NCBI GenBank assembly: GCA_964573075.1
Contig: CAZNII010000001.1
Coordinates: 372 to 64,371 of the forward strand
Source: an uncultured Novosphingobium sp.
Lineage (GTDB): Bacteria; Pseudomonadota; Alphaproteobacteria; Sphingomonadales; Sphingomonadaceae
Direction of reading: 5' to 3'
Length of the DNA: 64,000 nucleotides
The notes beneath the pieces were generated by a model, which did not search any database, was not told the DNA's origin, and saw only the letters and a program-made list of their open reading frames with translations. A program made the translations under genes and the position numbers. Numbering within the stretch: position 1 is the first letter of the stretch; every line of letters starts with the position of its first letter. Below are positions 63,631 through 64,000 of the stretch, piece by piece.

Positions 63631-64000
63631 CCTCAGCCTGCGCACCGCGCCGGTTCCGGCCGAACCTGCCGTGTTCGACGGCGTGACGATCACCCTTGCG
63701 GTGCCGCTTGCCCGCTATTCGCTGCGCGCCAGGGATGCCAAACTGCTGGCCAAGGTGATCGGCCGCAAGCTGCCGGCAACGATCGGCGTGACCGAGGGGG
63801 AAGTGGCCTGCCTTGGCCCCGACGAATGGCTGCTGCGCACCGCGCCCGGCAAGGCCGTGGCGGATGGTGCCGGTCAGCCGGTTTCGGTGGTCGAGATCAG
63901 CGAGCGGGCGGTGACGCTGGTGCTCGAAGGCCCGCGCGCAGTCGAAGTGCTGATGGCCGGATGTCCGCGCAATCTTGACCGGTTCGCAGTCGGCGAAGCC
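63623..64000 (+). CDS. soxG: Sarcosine oxidase gamma subunit (partial, runs off the window)
   Basis: ATG at 63623 overlaps the soxA end. Reads ...ACLGPDEWLL...VVEISE...LEGPRAVEVLMAGCPRNL. Confidence 0.88.
   Translation, partial: MADLSLRTAPVPAEPAVFDGVTITLAVPLARYSLRARDAKLLAKVIGRKLPATIGVTEGEVACLGPDEWLLRTAPGKAVADGAGQPVSVVEISERAVTLVLEGPRAVEVLMAGCPRNLDRFAVGEA

Overview
High-GC alphaproteobacterial DNA. A Sphingomonadales/Novosphingobium-like origin is inferred from gene style and the TonB-dependent receptors (TBDRs). Bases 1-5.7 kb hold an AraC-regulated operon: a Zn alcohol dehydrogenase, a DUF1330-like membrane protein, an epoxide-hydrolase-like enzyme and a secreted CxxCH/beta-propeller protein. 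A POT transporter and a tandem-cupin lipoprotein resembling the DddK/DddW DMSP lyases follow. From about 8.6 kb to the window end is one large quaternary-amine catabolic cluster. It covers gamma-butyrobetaine/carnitine degradation (ligase, ACAD, hydratase, CdhA-thioesterase, BKACE, CdhR-like regulator, with a TBDR and an NCS1 permease) and choline oxidation (betA plus an in-frame BetI-BetB fusion with two BetI-like operators). It also carries a cobalamin-dependent demethylation system (three non-pyrrolysine MttB paralogues, corrinoid protein, DUF1638, MetV/MetF, methyl-THF:corrinoid methyltransferase, GFA, RACo/ASKHA activator), plus folD, fhs, kbl/tdh, sdaA, dimethylglycine dehydrogenase and soxBDAG. 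The most notable observations are the regulator-enzyme fusion, Arg/Gly-rich terminal tails shared by six proteins of the corrinoid system, an in-frame amber codon in one mttB and a 1-nt frameshift in its neighbour. No RNA genes, CRISPR arrays or intact mobile elements were recognised. All family assignments come from motif recognition by eye, not database searches.
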